Of a stretch of DNA of 64,000 nucleotides, positions 1 through 9,740 are shown piece after piece. Both the position numbers and the translations under genes were made by a program. The stretch is from assembly GCA_036677365.1 (NCBI GenBank), contig JAVBWN010000025.1:1-64000 (forward strand), given 5' to 3'. Numbering within the stretch: the first letter of the stretch is position 1; every line of letters starts with the position of its first letter. This stretch comes from Acholeplasma sp. (GTDB lineage Bacteria > Bacillota_I > Bacilli_A > Acholeplasmatales > UBA5453). The notes beneath the pieces were generated by a model. It saw only the letters and a program-made list of their open reading frames with translations. It was not told where the DNA came from and did no database searches.

Positions 1-78
1 TTATATTATATGAAAAGCCTAAACTACACGCATCCTTTACACTCAGTTATGTTATAATACAAGAAAAAGGAGACCTCA

Positions 79-648
79 ATGAAACTGTTGGTAGCGACTC
101 AAAACAAGCATAAAAAACAAGAAATTGAAGCCATGTTAAACAAATCCTTTGAAGTGGTTTCATTGGCAGACTTGAATGATGTTGAATCGGTCGATGAAAC
201 AGGCGATAGCTTTTTCGAAAATGCCTTATTGAAAGCCAAACACTATGCCAAAAAACACCAAATGATGACACTGGCTGATGACTCCGGTTTATCGATTGAC
301 CACCTGAATGGTGCACCAGGCATTTACAGTGCCCGTTACTCTGGTGGAACCGATTTAGACAATTTAAACCTCGTATTAGAACAAATGAAAAACGCTCAAA
401 ATCGAGAAGCACATTTTACGTGTGTACTCGTTTTATATGATCCAAAAACCAACGTATACCAAACGTATCAAGGCAAGGTATATGGTTTAATTACCGAAGC
501 AGCAAAAGGTACCCATGGTTTTGGTTATGACCCGATATTCTATGTGCCAGAATATCAACAAACCATGGCTGAAATGTCACCCAAACAAAAGAATCAAATA
601 TCACATCGTGCCATCGCATTACAAGCGCTAAAGGAGGCGTTCAGATGA
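79..648 (+). CDS. rdgB: Non-canonical purine NTP pyrophosphatase (RdgB/HAM1)
   Basis: ATxNxHK N-terminus, ADDSGL, GAPGIYSARY, GFGYDPIF and KNQISHR motifs; RBS AAGGAG. Confidence 0.95.
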   Translation: MKLLVATQNKHKKQEIEAMLNKSFEVVSLADLNDVESVDETGDSFFENALLKAKHYAKKHQMMTLADDSGLSIDHLNGAPGIYSARYSGGTDLDNLNLVLEQMKNAQNREAHFTCVLVLYDPKTNVYQTYQGKVYGLITEAAKGTHGFGYDPIFYVPEYQQTMAEMSPKQKNQISHRAIALQALKEAFR

Positions 649-1088
649 AAGTATTGATTACCTCAGATACCCATGGGAGATTTGACCGTTTACGTGCCAT
701 CAGCATGAAACACGCCGACAAAGACCATCACCTCGATGCAGGGGACTTGGTTCTGACACAAGCAGAACTCGAATCCCTGCATTTAACCGCGGTTAAAGGC
801 AATGGGGACTTGTATTTGGATTTACCACTCCAACAAATCGTCATCATCGATCATAAGAAATTTTTATTGGTTCATGGTCACATTCAAGAAGTCAAATATG
901 GGTTAGAAAAACTCATTAAACTGGCTGAATACATTAAAGTCGACTATGTCATTTACGGACATACCCATGAACGTAAATTACTCGAACACAAAGGCATTAC
1001 CTACATCAACCCCGGGGCTGTCTCTGGCATTACCCCGTCCTACGCCATTTATGAAGATGGCAAAGTGACTTTCCATCAAGGAGTTTGA
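645..1088 (+). CDS. YfcE/YsnB-family metallophosphoesterase
   Basis: SDTHG, GD, GNGD, HGH, GHTH, NPG calcineurin-like motifs; ATGA overlap with rdgB as in the ysnA-ysnB pair. Confidence 0.9.
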   Translation: MKVLITSDTHGRFDRLRAISMKHADKDHHLDAGDLVLTQAELESLHLTAVKGNGDLYLDLPLQQIVIIDHKKFLLVHGHIQEVKYGLEKLIKLAEYIKVDYVIYGHTHERKLLEHKGITYINPGAVSGITPSYAIYEDGKVTFHQGV

Positions 1089-1094
1089 TCGTTC

Positions 1095-1949
1095 ATGGAA
1101 CAAGAAATCATATCACTGGCTCAACCCATATTAAAAGCAGATGTCAAAGTCGTTGAACGTTTGATGGGTGGGATGAGCAATTATACCTATATCATCGAAT
1201 CTAATCAAAAAAAATACACCTTCAGAAAACCAGGTGAAAAAGCAGAAAATTTTGTTTCTAGATCGATTGAATTGAAAAATATCCGTTTAGTAGAGCATTT
1301 AGGTATTACCAACCATTTGGTCCATTTGGACTTGAATTCAGGCATTAAAATTTGTGAATATGTCGAAGGCAAGGTATTATCGACCCTCGACCGTAGAGCC
1401 CATCTAAAAGCGGTTGCTGACACATTGAAAGTGCTACATCAATCTGGAATTCAAGCTGAAAATGACTACAACCATTTAAAAAGATTGTCCGATTATGAAT
1501 CGTATAACCATACCTTATCAGATAGATATCTAACCCTCAAAGCCGTTTGGGTAGATTGGTTTAAACAATATAAGGATTTGCCGATGGTATTGTGTCACGG
1601 GGATGCACAACCCTCGAATTTTATCATCACACCCGACCAAAAAGCTTTGGTCGCCGATTTTGAATTCACGGGCAATAACGACCCTTATTATGACATCGCG
1701 CAATTTGGCAACATCGATTTCAACGATGCCTTGGCATTACTCGATGTCTATTGTGACTATAAAACCACACCAGCCGATAAAAAAAGAATGATTTTCTATC
1801 GAATGTTCTTGACCCTTCAATGGCACCAAGTGGCGACATTTAAACATGAAATTGGCTTATCGGAAAAACTCCATATCCCATTCGATAAAGTCGCAGTTGC
1901 CTATTTAGATAAAGCAGAAGCCCTTAAAAAAATGTACGAAGAGGTGTAA
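1095..1949 (+). CDS. Choline/ethanolamine kinase-family phosphotransferase
   Basis: GGMSN loop, LCHGDxxxxN (Brenner motif), DFEF, DPYYDIA. Confidence 0.8.
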   Translation: MEQEIISLAQPILKADVKVVERLMGGMSNYTYIIESNQKKYTFRKPGEKAENFVSRSIELKNIRLVEHLGITNHLVHLDLNSGIKICEYVEGKVLSTLDRRAHLKAVADTLKVLHQSGIQAENDYNHLKRLSDYESYNHTLSDRYLTLKAVWVDWFKQYKDLPMVLCHGDAQPSNFIITPDQKALVADFEFTGNNDPYYDIAQFGNIDFNDALALLDVYCDYKTTPADKKRMIFYRMFLTLQWHQVATFKHEIGLSEKLHIPFDKVAVAYLDKAEALKKMYEEV

Positions 1950-1951
1950 TC

Positions 1952-4900
1952 ATGACACTCGATGCGTTACTCAAATTACCCAAAACACACGAAACGATTC
2001 AAGCCATTGAATCGTTTTTAAGCCTCGCTTCGAATGAGACTCAAATCGCCAGAGCGAAGCTTTTTTACGCATCGATTTTAAATGAACTTAACCATCAGGA
2101 TTCATCGTTGACGATGCTGTTTGACATTTTAGATATGTTGAAACATAAAACCGACGATCCATTGTATGTGGATACACTGTCGTTAATCATTGAAAATGAC
2201 ATTCAAAGACAAGATTTCACGATGGCTAGAGAACACATCGAACAAAAACGTCGCGCATTACCAATATTGAAACAGTATATATACTTCATGGATTTGATTG
2301 AACTCGCGAAAGCCCAACACGACCCCTATGAACAATACATCGATAAAGCCTTAGAAGATGCATTGCCCGAAGCCATCAAACAACAATTTCAATTGTTTAA
2401 ACTCGATGGTTATGTTGAACAAGGCGCTTACGACCTCGCGATGGATATGATCAGGCAATTACGAACACGATTATTATCGCCTGAAGTAGCTCAAAAGATT
2501 AAATTCATCGAACTCGACATACTGTTAGAATCCAAGCATTTCGAACAAATACTGTCCATCACACAAGACCAATCTCAACCACTGTATGCTTACTATCATC
2601 TATCGGCATTGATTGGTTTAAAGAAGTATCATCAAGCTTCGATTTATGAAGTAGAACATGAAAAAACGTTCGAAACATTGTCCATCGATTTACAAAAGAA
2701 GATTTATCAAAAACTCGTTGAGCTGTATGACATTCAAAAAGATACGCTTTCGATGGATAACTATCAAAAAAAGTTAAAACAACTGAAAAAACAGGAATCG
2801 GTTCAACCGAAAGTCATTGAAAAAACGAGCGTTGCAGAACCCATCACCAAAACCGAAGTGGTGATTGAAAAGAAAATCATCCCTGTGGTTGAAAAACGTC
2901 CGATCGAGCGTTCTAAGGATTTTGAAGCGATTCACCGTTTATTGGTATCTGGATTATCGCTGAAATCAGACTTGGATACACGTGAAAAAATTCGTTTGTT
3001 GTTAACCGAAGGCTTGAATGGGTTACCATTTTCTACCGCGTTGATTTACCACCAAGACAGTTTAAAACAATTTAAGAAGGAAAGGCTCTACGATAAGTCT
3101 ATTGAAAAAGAAGACTTATTTAAGAGTGTCTTATATACATGTCATCAAAAACAAGAAGATATCATAGAAGAAACCGACATCATTCGTTGGAACTATGATG
3201 TTTTAACCAAAGCCCCCTATGATCAAAATCAAATCAAACGGGTGTTTACCTACCCATTACAGCACGGGGCGATTGCCTATTATCAAACCGATGTTACGGA
3301 TGTATTGTTTTATGATGATTATTTGAAACTATTGACCACGTTGATTGAAAAACTATTGCTGGTTTCAGTACAGTCGGATAAAACCAGTGCGAAACTCAAC
3401 TTGTATGAAGCCATCATTCAAAGTGATTTGGCAGCAATCAAGATGGAAACCGAATCCAGCATCTGGTTAAATCCAAAAGCCAGAGCGCTTCTCAATTTAG
3501 AAGAAAAGATGACCCCAACGGCGTTCATTCAAGGCATTCAAGGGGCAGACCAAATCAAGTATCAACCATTCAAACAAAACACACTGAAAACAACATTGGT
3601 TGAATCCATTGTATACACCTATCACGATAAACGTATTGAAGAAACCGCGGTTTCTGTGAATAATCGTGGTGAGTGGGTGATGGTCTCAAAACTTTCAGAT
3701 GTCACTTTAGACCTAAAGATGAAAGCAGACCTTCAAAATCAAGCACGCATCGATGGACTTACTGGTTACCAAAACAGCTATGCATTCAGTTTAGATATCG
3801 AAGACTGGTTCAATCAAAAGTCTACCTTTGTTTTATTACAACTTTCGGGTCTGGACGCGATAGAATCGCTTTATGGTAAACCAAAGATTCAAACTTTTTT
3901 CAAAGAGTTTATTGACATCACAAAAACCCATTTTGAATCGTCGAAGGTCTATGTATTTGAAAACCATCAATGTATGGTTGTTCTACCATACAATGACATA
4001 AGAACGGTTGAAAAAGCGTTGACAAACTATTTCAAATGCTTAAAAGATACACAAGCATCCACCTTGGTCAAACAACCATTTCAAGCCTTTGCTGGTGTCA
4101 TCCGTTACCCAGTCAATACAACCGAAACCAAACCGGATAAGTTTTTAAAATTTATTCATTTGGCACTAGAAAAATCCAAACGCCGCGCATCCTATGGTAA
4201 TTTTCAATATTTTGATTACCAAGATTATCAAGAAGAACAATTTGAAGTGTCCGTCATTGAACAAATGGATGAAGCCATCACCCAAGAACAACTCAAATTG
4301 TCCTATACCCCGATTATCCATTTGTTGACAAACAAAGTATTCTTATATCAAGTCAACCCTTACTTAGAAGCTTTATCGGTCGACGCTAATTATTACTATG
4401 TGATTGCGAAAAGAAGACAACAAATCGACCGCTTGGATAAATACGTTTTAAAGTCCTCATTTAAGTATTTGAATCATTTAGCGAAATTGACGGATAAATA
4501 TATCCGAATTTCGATTCAAATCGATGAAGATACCTTTAGATTGAAAGACTTCAATGCGTATGTGATTGGATTGATTAAGCAATACGATTTGCCTTATTCA
4601 GTCATTGAGTTGTCCATCAAATCGACGGGATTGTCGCCTGTAGAACTGATGAAGACCAAGGAACTTTCGGACTTAGGGATCCATATCGGCATTTCTGAGT
4701 GGGTTCAAGCAACCACCCCATCCGTACATTTCATCCATCGAAAAGAACCGATGAAACTCGATCAAATCAAGACATTGGATTTCATCCTCAGTTTCAAAGA
4801 TTTCTTACAAAATCATCAAATGGGTATCATATTTGAGCATTTAGATGATATGGATAAGCGCAAACTTAAGGATTTCGCACCTGTGTATGTCAAGGAACAA

Positions 4901-4954
4901 AAATTAAACTATACCGAAGATAAACTCACTGCTTTGATTCAGGGGGTAAAATGA
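1952..4954 (+). CDS. Large helical N-terminus plus degenerate GGDEF and EAL domain protein
   Basis: DGLTGYQN lead-in and LYG helix typical of GGDEF domains, followed by an EAL-like region (LSYTPIIHL...); GGDEF and EAL signature residues absent. Confidence 0.7.
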   Translation: MTLDALLKLPKTHETIQAIESFLSLASNETQIARAKLFYASILNELNHQDSSLTMLFDILDMLKHKTDDPLYVDTLSLIIENDIQRQDFTMAREHIEQKRRALPILKQYIYFMDLIELAKAQHDPYEQYIDKALEDALPEAIKQQFQLFKLDGYVEQGAYDLAMDMIRQLRTRLLSPEVAQKIKFIELDILLESKHFEQILSITQDQSQPLYAYYHLSALIGLKKYHQASIYEVEHEKTFETLSIDLQKKIYQKLVELYDIQKDTLSMDNYQKKLKQLKKQESVQPKVIEKTSVAEPITKTEVVIEKKIIPVVEKRPIERSKDFEAIHRLLVSGLSLKSDLDTREKIRLLLTEGLNGLPFSTALIYHQDSLKQFKKERLYDKSIEKEDLFKSVLYTCHQKQEDIIEETDIIRWNYDVLTKAPYDQNQIKRVFTYPLQHGAIAYYQTDVTDVLFYDDYLKLLTTLIEKLLLVSVQSDKTSAKLNLYEAIIQSDLAAIKMETESSIWLNPKARALLNLEEKMTPTAFIQGIQGADQIKYQPFKQNTLKTTLVESIVYTYHDKRIEETAVSVNNRGEWVMVSKLSDVTLDLKMKADLQNQARIDGLTGYQNSYAFSLDIEDWFNQKSTFVLLQLSGLDAIESLYGKPKIQTFFKEFIDITKTHFESSKVYVFENHQCMVVLPYNDIRTVEKALTNYFKCLKDTQASTLVKQPFQAFAGVIRYPVNTTETKPDKFLKFIHLALEKSKRRASYGNFQYFDYQDYQEEQFEVSVIEQMDEAITQEQLKLSYTPIIHLLTNKVFLYQVNPYLEALSVDANYYYVIAKRRQQIDRLDKYVLKSSFKYLNHLAKLTDKYIRISIQIDEDTFRLKDFNAYVIGLIKQYDLPYSVIELSIKSTGLSPVELMKTKELSDLGIHIGISEWVQATTPSVHFIHRKEPMKLDQIKTLDFILSFKDFLQNHQMGIIFEHLDDMDKRKLKDFAPVYVKEQKLNYTEDKLTALIQGVK

Positions 4955-6045
4955 TGGTTGTAGAAGATACCCTTAACCGCATCGAATCGATGGTTTTGAA
5001 TGGTGATCAAAACCAAGTGCATTTTAAAATCAAATCGTGTATTCAAGTGTTGAGACAGTCTGAAGGCATCATTGAGGCGTTTTTAAGCAAGCAAGGGATC
5101 GATGAAAAATCCGATGTTTTAATGCACATTTTCGGTTTACTTCAAAATCTCTTCGTATCGATTGATGCTTTGTATGATTTAACCAAACTGACCATGAGCA
5201 ATAAGTATGCGGTAAACGTCAACCAAAACAAAAACTTAAGGGAGTTAAAATACATTCGAAATGACATTGTAGGGCACCCAACCCACCGAACCTATTCCAC
5301 AGGGGGGGTTGGTTTTTCGCTTTTTTCCGTACCGGAAACATCGATGTCCATGATTACTTATGAAACCCATTTTTTCAAACAAAAATTCCATGAAGTCATC
5401 AAACACCACATCCGAACACAAGAATTGATCGATGATTATCACGTAGAATCTCGCTTGATTATCGATGAAATCTGCACCCATTTGCATAAACAAAACATCA
5501 AACCTGAGTTGTCTGTGTTAGCAAAACAATTCTTAGATGGCATTCAACTCGAATCATTTGACCTAAATTTATTGGATAAAATTCAACAGAGTTTCCTAAC
5601 CAATCGCGAAATTTCAAAAGAATCGCATAACCGCTTATTATGGCGTATTGAACTCCTTCAAGTCTTGGATAAATGGAAAGAAACTGACACAGAAAAACGT
5701 GAATTCATCCAATTTATGAAAGCAGAACAAGCACTAAAAATTTATGAGATGACTTCAAACATCGAATCGGTTGAACCCCAGTTTGTCAAAATACCCCACC
5801 CAGCGTTACTCGTCAGTTTTTTCAGATTTATTAAAGAAGATGAACGTCGTGAAAAGTATGTTAAATATCTAAAAACACACGACCACCCATACTTTCAAAA
5901 AGACCTCGATGAATTGTTAGAGGATTCAAAAAATAACCTCCGAGTGAATAAACTGCTCACATGGTTACAACGCCAAACCTCAGATCATCGCGTATTTTTG
6001 ATTGGTAGTGCCTTAGAAAAATATAAGAGTAGCTCAAATGAATAG
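4951..6045 (+). CDS. Hypothetical protein with HEPN-like RX5H motif
   Basis: ORF coupled by ATGA overlap; helical protein with RNDIVGH. Confidence 0.55.
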   Translation: MMVVEDTLNRIESMVLNGDQNQVHFKIKSCIQVLRQSEGIIEAFLSKQGIDEKSDVLMHIFGLLQNLFVSIDALYDLTKLTMSNKYAVNVNQNKNLRELKYIRNDIVGHPTHRTYSTGGVGFSLFSVPETSMSMITYETHFFKQKFHEVIKHHIRTQELIDDYHVESRLIIDEICTHLHKQNIKPELSVLAKQFLDGIQLESFDLNLLDKIQQSFLTNREISKESHNRLLWRIELLQVLDKWKETDTEKREFIQFMKAEQALKIYEMTSNIESVEPQFVKIPHPALLVSFFRFIKEDERREKYVKYLKTHDHPYFQKDLDELLEDSKNNLRVNKLLTWLQRQTSDHRVFLIGSALEKYKSSSNE

Positions 6046-6048
6046 CGT

Positions 6049-6100
6049 AAAAGATATGTTGATAAGATCAAAAGTATCGGGTCAATTCGACATATCTTTT
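6049..6100 (+). terminator. Long inverted repeat after the rdgB operon
   Basis: aaaagatatgttga ... tcgacatatctttt. Confidence 0.6.
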
Positions 6101-6205
6101 ATTTCTATTTTAGTATAATATAAAACAATAAAGATTTTTTAGAAATCGTATGATATAATCGATATGTATCATATATTCACTATTTATACAAGGGAGGAAA
6201 TTGAT

Positions 6206-6682
6206 ATGGGTAGCAAAACAACATTGAGTAGTTTATTGTTCGTATTGGGTCTTTTAGTCTATTTTATCCTATTCGCATTCTATAATAATTATATCTTCAT
6301 CATCACCAATATGGTTATATCAACGTACATGTTTGTAATCATCAGGATTGCACTTTATAAAGATATTCAGTTTGATCGTATACCCAAAGACACCGTCGTT
6401 GCTTCTAGTCAAGGGGTTGAAGAAGATGAATCCTCAGGTATCTCTAAAACTACGTATAGTTACATTTATCAAGGGATAGAATCCATCTATACCTGCTCTG
6501 ATCAAGAAGTCAAATTGCGCTTAAATTTACAACAAGTCACTTTAGAAATTTCAAAGATTGATCCTTCAAATATACGCATTTCACGTGATAAAATCCGAAG
6601 AAAAAAATATTGGATTATGGGTGGTTTATGCGTATTATCGCTTTGGCTTTTAATTCAAAGTGGGATTCGAATCATGTCATAA
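6206..6682 (+). CDS. Hypothetical membrane protein (3 TM)
   Basis: ATG at 6206 behind GGAGGA; two N-terminal and one C-terminal hydrophobic segments. Confidence 0.65.
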   Translation: MGSKTTLSSLLFVLGLLVYFILFAFYNNYIFIITNMVISTYMFVIIRIALYKDIQFDRIPKDTVVASSQGVEEDESSGISKTTYSYIYQGIESIYTCSDQEVKLRLNLQQVTLEISKIDPSNIRISRDKIRRKKYWIMGGLCVLSLWLLIQSGIRIMS

Positions 6683-6689
6683 TAACGAG

Positions 6690-6720
6690 AAAAAAGAACA
6701 GAATTTCCTGTTCTTTTTTT
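6690..6720. terminator. Bidirectional intrinsic terminator
   Basis: aaaaaagaacag-aatttc-ctgttctttttt between convergent genes. Confidence 0.85.
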
Positions 6721-6721
6721 G

Positions 6722-7264
6722 TCATTCTGTTGTATTTTTTTCTTTGTCTTTCTTTTTCTTTTCTTTATTGGTCTCAGTATCCTTAGAAAGCATCATGTGA
6801 GCAAAATAGGCTTTAACTGAAGCGTCAATCGCAAGCTCTAAGGCAACTTTCGTGACTGCTTCATCTGAGGTCAATGCTTTTTCCATGTTGAGCATGGATT
6901 GAATCACAACATCCAAATTACGTTGGTAAACTGTGTACAATTGTTCAATCTCACTGGGGTTAGCTAAAATCGATTTGATGTCTTGAATCGGCATCACACG
7001 TTTTAGGTTCGCAACCATAATCAATGAAGCGATGGCTTCTTTATCATACTTCTTATCCACCGGGTTTTTGATCACATTGTCTTTGACGTAGTTGTTGATC
7101 ATCGAAGCGGTTAAAATATCTTTATCGGATTCTTTAAACGGGGGTAAATGTTTTTTGATATATGTCAATACTTGATCCATATACAAGTCGATTTCAGGTA
7201 GTTTATCATACGACGGTGTTTTAAATACTTGTAAAAGGGCCAATAATTCATTCAGTTCGTTCAT
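6722..7264 (-). CDS. DUF1836 family protein
   Basis: LPxIDLYMDQV and LTxSMINNYVK...KKY motifs. Confidence 0.85.
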   Translation of the reverse strand: MNELNELLALLQVFKTPSYDKLPEIDLYMDQVLTYIKKHLPPFKESDKDILTASMINNYVKDNVIKNPVDKKYDKEAIASLIMVANLKRVMPIQDIKSILANPSEIEQLYTVYQRNLDVVIQSMLNMEKALTSDEAVTKVALELAIDASVKAYFAHMMLSKDTETNKEKKKKDKEKNTTE

Positions 7265-7349
7265 AATATCACCAACCGTATTATAACATAAAAGCGCGTC
7301 TTGTATATAGTATCTTGTAAGACATCAAGTCATTATAAAAACGACGTAT

Positions 7350-8870
7350 TTATAAAAGATGAGAGAAGCCCACCAACGCTTGTTGATACAAACGATAAAC
7401 GATATTGTGTTTTCTAAGTTCACTGAGTGATAGTAACGTAGAAGCAAACATGGCTTCATCTAAATAGGCTTTGATTGCCTTTAAGGACTGTGTTTGATAT
7501 AACCAAACCGTATTCTCAAAGTGTAAATATAAACTTCTAAAATCAAAGTTTGTCGTGCCCACGGTGGCGTGGGTATCATCGACATAAAGAATCTTTGAAT
7601 GGATAAACCCTTGATTGAACTTATGGATTCTCACATTCGGAAATTGGAGCAGCTGTTTATAATAAAACTCAGATACGACCGCCACATATTTCTTGTCAGG
7701 GATCCCTGGAACAATCAAATCAATATCGATGCCTGAGGTCGCTTGAAGGTAAAGTGCGGTTTGGAGTTCTTGGTCAATCACGAAGTATGGGGTCGTAATG
7801 ATGATGCGTTTTTTAGCGGATTGAATCATCAACATATAGGTATGTTTCGTAATCAGGTTACGGTCCAATGGACTATCTGAAAATGGGATGACTAAACCGT
7901 CGGTTTCGGTCGGTGTTGGCGTAAAATTTGACATCGGTTCATAGACTTTGGTTTTGTTTTCCCAGTTCATTAAAAAAATTCTCGTCAAAGCGATGACCGC
8001 GTCACCTTCGATTAAAATTGAAGCGTCTTTCCACAACCCAAACCGTTTAATGACATTGAAGTACTCATCGGCTAAATTCATCCCACCCGTAATCGCTTTT
8101 TGATGGTCAACAATCACAATTTTACGGTGGTCACGGTAATTCATCGATAAATTGACACGGGGTCTAACCGGATTAAAGTTATAGACTTGTATGCCTGCTT
8201 GAGTCAATTTTTTATCAAAGTCGTTCGGTAGATTCATCGAAGAACCAAAATCATCGTAAATGATTCTCACATCGACACCTGATGCGGCTTTTTCTTTTAA
8301 GATTGGAAATATCTGGTCAAATGCTTGTCCAGTATTGATGATGAAATATTCGATATAAATCGATTGTTTCGCCGATTTAAAGAGTTCAATCAGGTAGTTT
8401 AACTTAGCTTCACCGGTAGGGATGAATGTGGAAACCGTGTTTTTGAATACAGGCCAGTGGTCTGTTTGTAAATGTCGAATGATTTTTTGAATGTGGATGT
8501 CATCGACCAATGCGTTTTGATGGTAGGGTTTTAAAGATTCTATGCGGTGAGCATCGATGATTGACATCGCATTCGTGGTTCTTTTGGTTAGGTTGTGATT
8601 TTTAAACAAGATATAGAAAAATCCACCAAACACGGGGACAATCAAAATGGGTATGATCCAAGCAATCTTGTAGATCAAAGGCTCTTCAGAAACCAAAACA
8701 AAAAACACCACGACGAAGGAAAGTACCTCGAGTGTATATAAAACCCATTGACTGTATTTAGAAGCGGATAATACCAACCATCCAAAGACAAACAACTGAA
8801 TCAATATTAAAATCCCAATGATGGTAATGCGATGGGTGATGAATCTTAAGAATCGTGTCATTTGATGCAC
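7350..8870 (-). CDS. cls: Cardiolipin synthase
   Basis: Two PLD HKD motifs (HRKIVIVD, HSKILYVD), N-terminal TM helices. Confidence 0.92.
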   Translation of the reverse strand: MHQMTRFLRFITHRITIIGILILIQLFVFGWLVLSASKYSQWVLYTLEVLSFVVVFFVLVSEEPLIYKIAWIIPILIVPVFGGFFYILFKNHNLTKRTTNAMSIIDAHRIESLKPYHQNALVDDIHIQKIIRHLQTDHWPVFKNTVSTFIPTGEAKLNYLIELFKSAKQSIYIEYFIINTGQAFDQIFPILKEKAASGVDVRIIYDDFGSSMNLPNDFDKKLTQAGIQVYNFNPVRPRVNLSMNYRDHRKIVIVDHQKAITGGMNLADEYFNVIKRFGLWKDASILIEGDAVIALTRIFLMNWENKTKVYEPMSNFTPTPTETDGLVIPFSDSPLDRNLITKHTYMLMIQSAKKRIIITTPYFVIDQELQTALYLQATSGIDIDLIVPGIPDKKYVAVVSEFYYKQLLQFPNVRIHKFNQGFIHSKILYVDDTHATVGTTNFDFRSLYLHFENTVWLYQTQSLKAIKAYLDEAMFASTLLSLSELRKHNIVYRLYQQALVGFSHLL

Positions 8871-8964
8871 CTCTCTTTAATTATACTAAATATCAAAGTT
8901 ATGGGTATATCTTTTGAGATTTTTAAATGAAAACACTATAATGGAACCATGGAGGGATTACCCC

Positions 8965-9660
8965 ATGGATTTAGAAATTTGGATCGACTTCACGTGCCCG
9001 TTTTGTTACCTCGGAAAAATCCGTTTTTTCAAAGCGCTACAACGTTTTAAATACAAACAGACAGTGAACATCACTTACCACAGTTATCTATTGTCACCCA
9101 ACGATAATAACCTAGAAAAATTGAATGGACACCAGTGGCTTGCCAAACATAAGGACATCACTTTAGAACAAGCAATTAAGCTCAATCTCAATGTCGAAGA
9201 AATGGCTTTCGATGAAGGTTTATCCTTAGATTTCAATCAAGTCATCCCGAGAAACACGATTTATGCCCATAAGTTGATGAAACAACTCCATGGTCAAGCT
9301 CAAATCGATTTTGTCGACGCCGTATTTAATGCTCAATTTAAAGACCATCAGGACATTTCATCCTTGGACGTTTTAATTGAACTTGCGAAACCTTACTTAG
9401 ACCCAATCAAAATCAGCGAAATCTATTTATCCAATACCAACCTGGATTTGATTAAAGCGGACATTGATTTATCAACAAAGTTTGGCTTAAGAGGTGTGCC
9501 GTTCTTTGTTTTGAACCGTAAATACAGCATCTCTGGGGCACAGGATGAACTCTACTTTTACGATACCCTTGAAGAACTTTACTTTGAGTCTAAACCGAAG
9601 AAGCCCAAAGAAACCACCTATTGTGTCGGTGACCATTGTGAGAGAAAAGTCAAAAAATGA
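8965..9660 (+). CDS. DsbA/FrnE-family oxidoreductase
   Basis: DFTCPFC, GVPFF...SGAQ and a C-terminal CxxxxC; start after GGAGGG. Confidence 0.88.
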   Translation: MDLEIWIDFTCPFCYLGKIRFFKALQRFKYKQTVNITYHSYLLSPNDNNLEKLNGHQWLAKHKDITLEQAIKLNLNVEEMAFDEGLSLDFNQVIPRNTIYAHKLMKQLHGQAQIDFVDAVFNAQFKDHQDISSLDVLIELAKPYLDPIKISEIYLSNTNLDLIKADIDLSTKFGLRGVPFFVLNRKYSISGAQDELYFYDTLEELYFESKPKKPKETTYCVGDHCERKVKK

Positions 9661-9680
9661 GTGCGAAAGCACTTTTTTTG
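9660..9680 (+). terminator. Intrinsic terminator
   Basis: agtgc-gaaa-gcact followed by T-run. Confidence 0.75.
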
Positions 9681-9740
9681 TTTGTTATCAATGTGATTGG
9701 TGGCTAGATTTGGTATAATGAATAGCGCACGGAGGTATTT

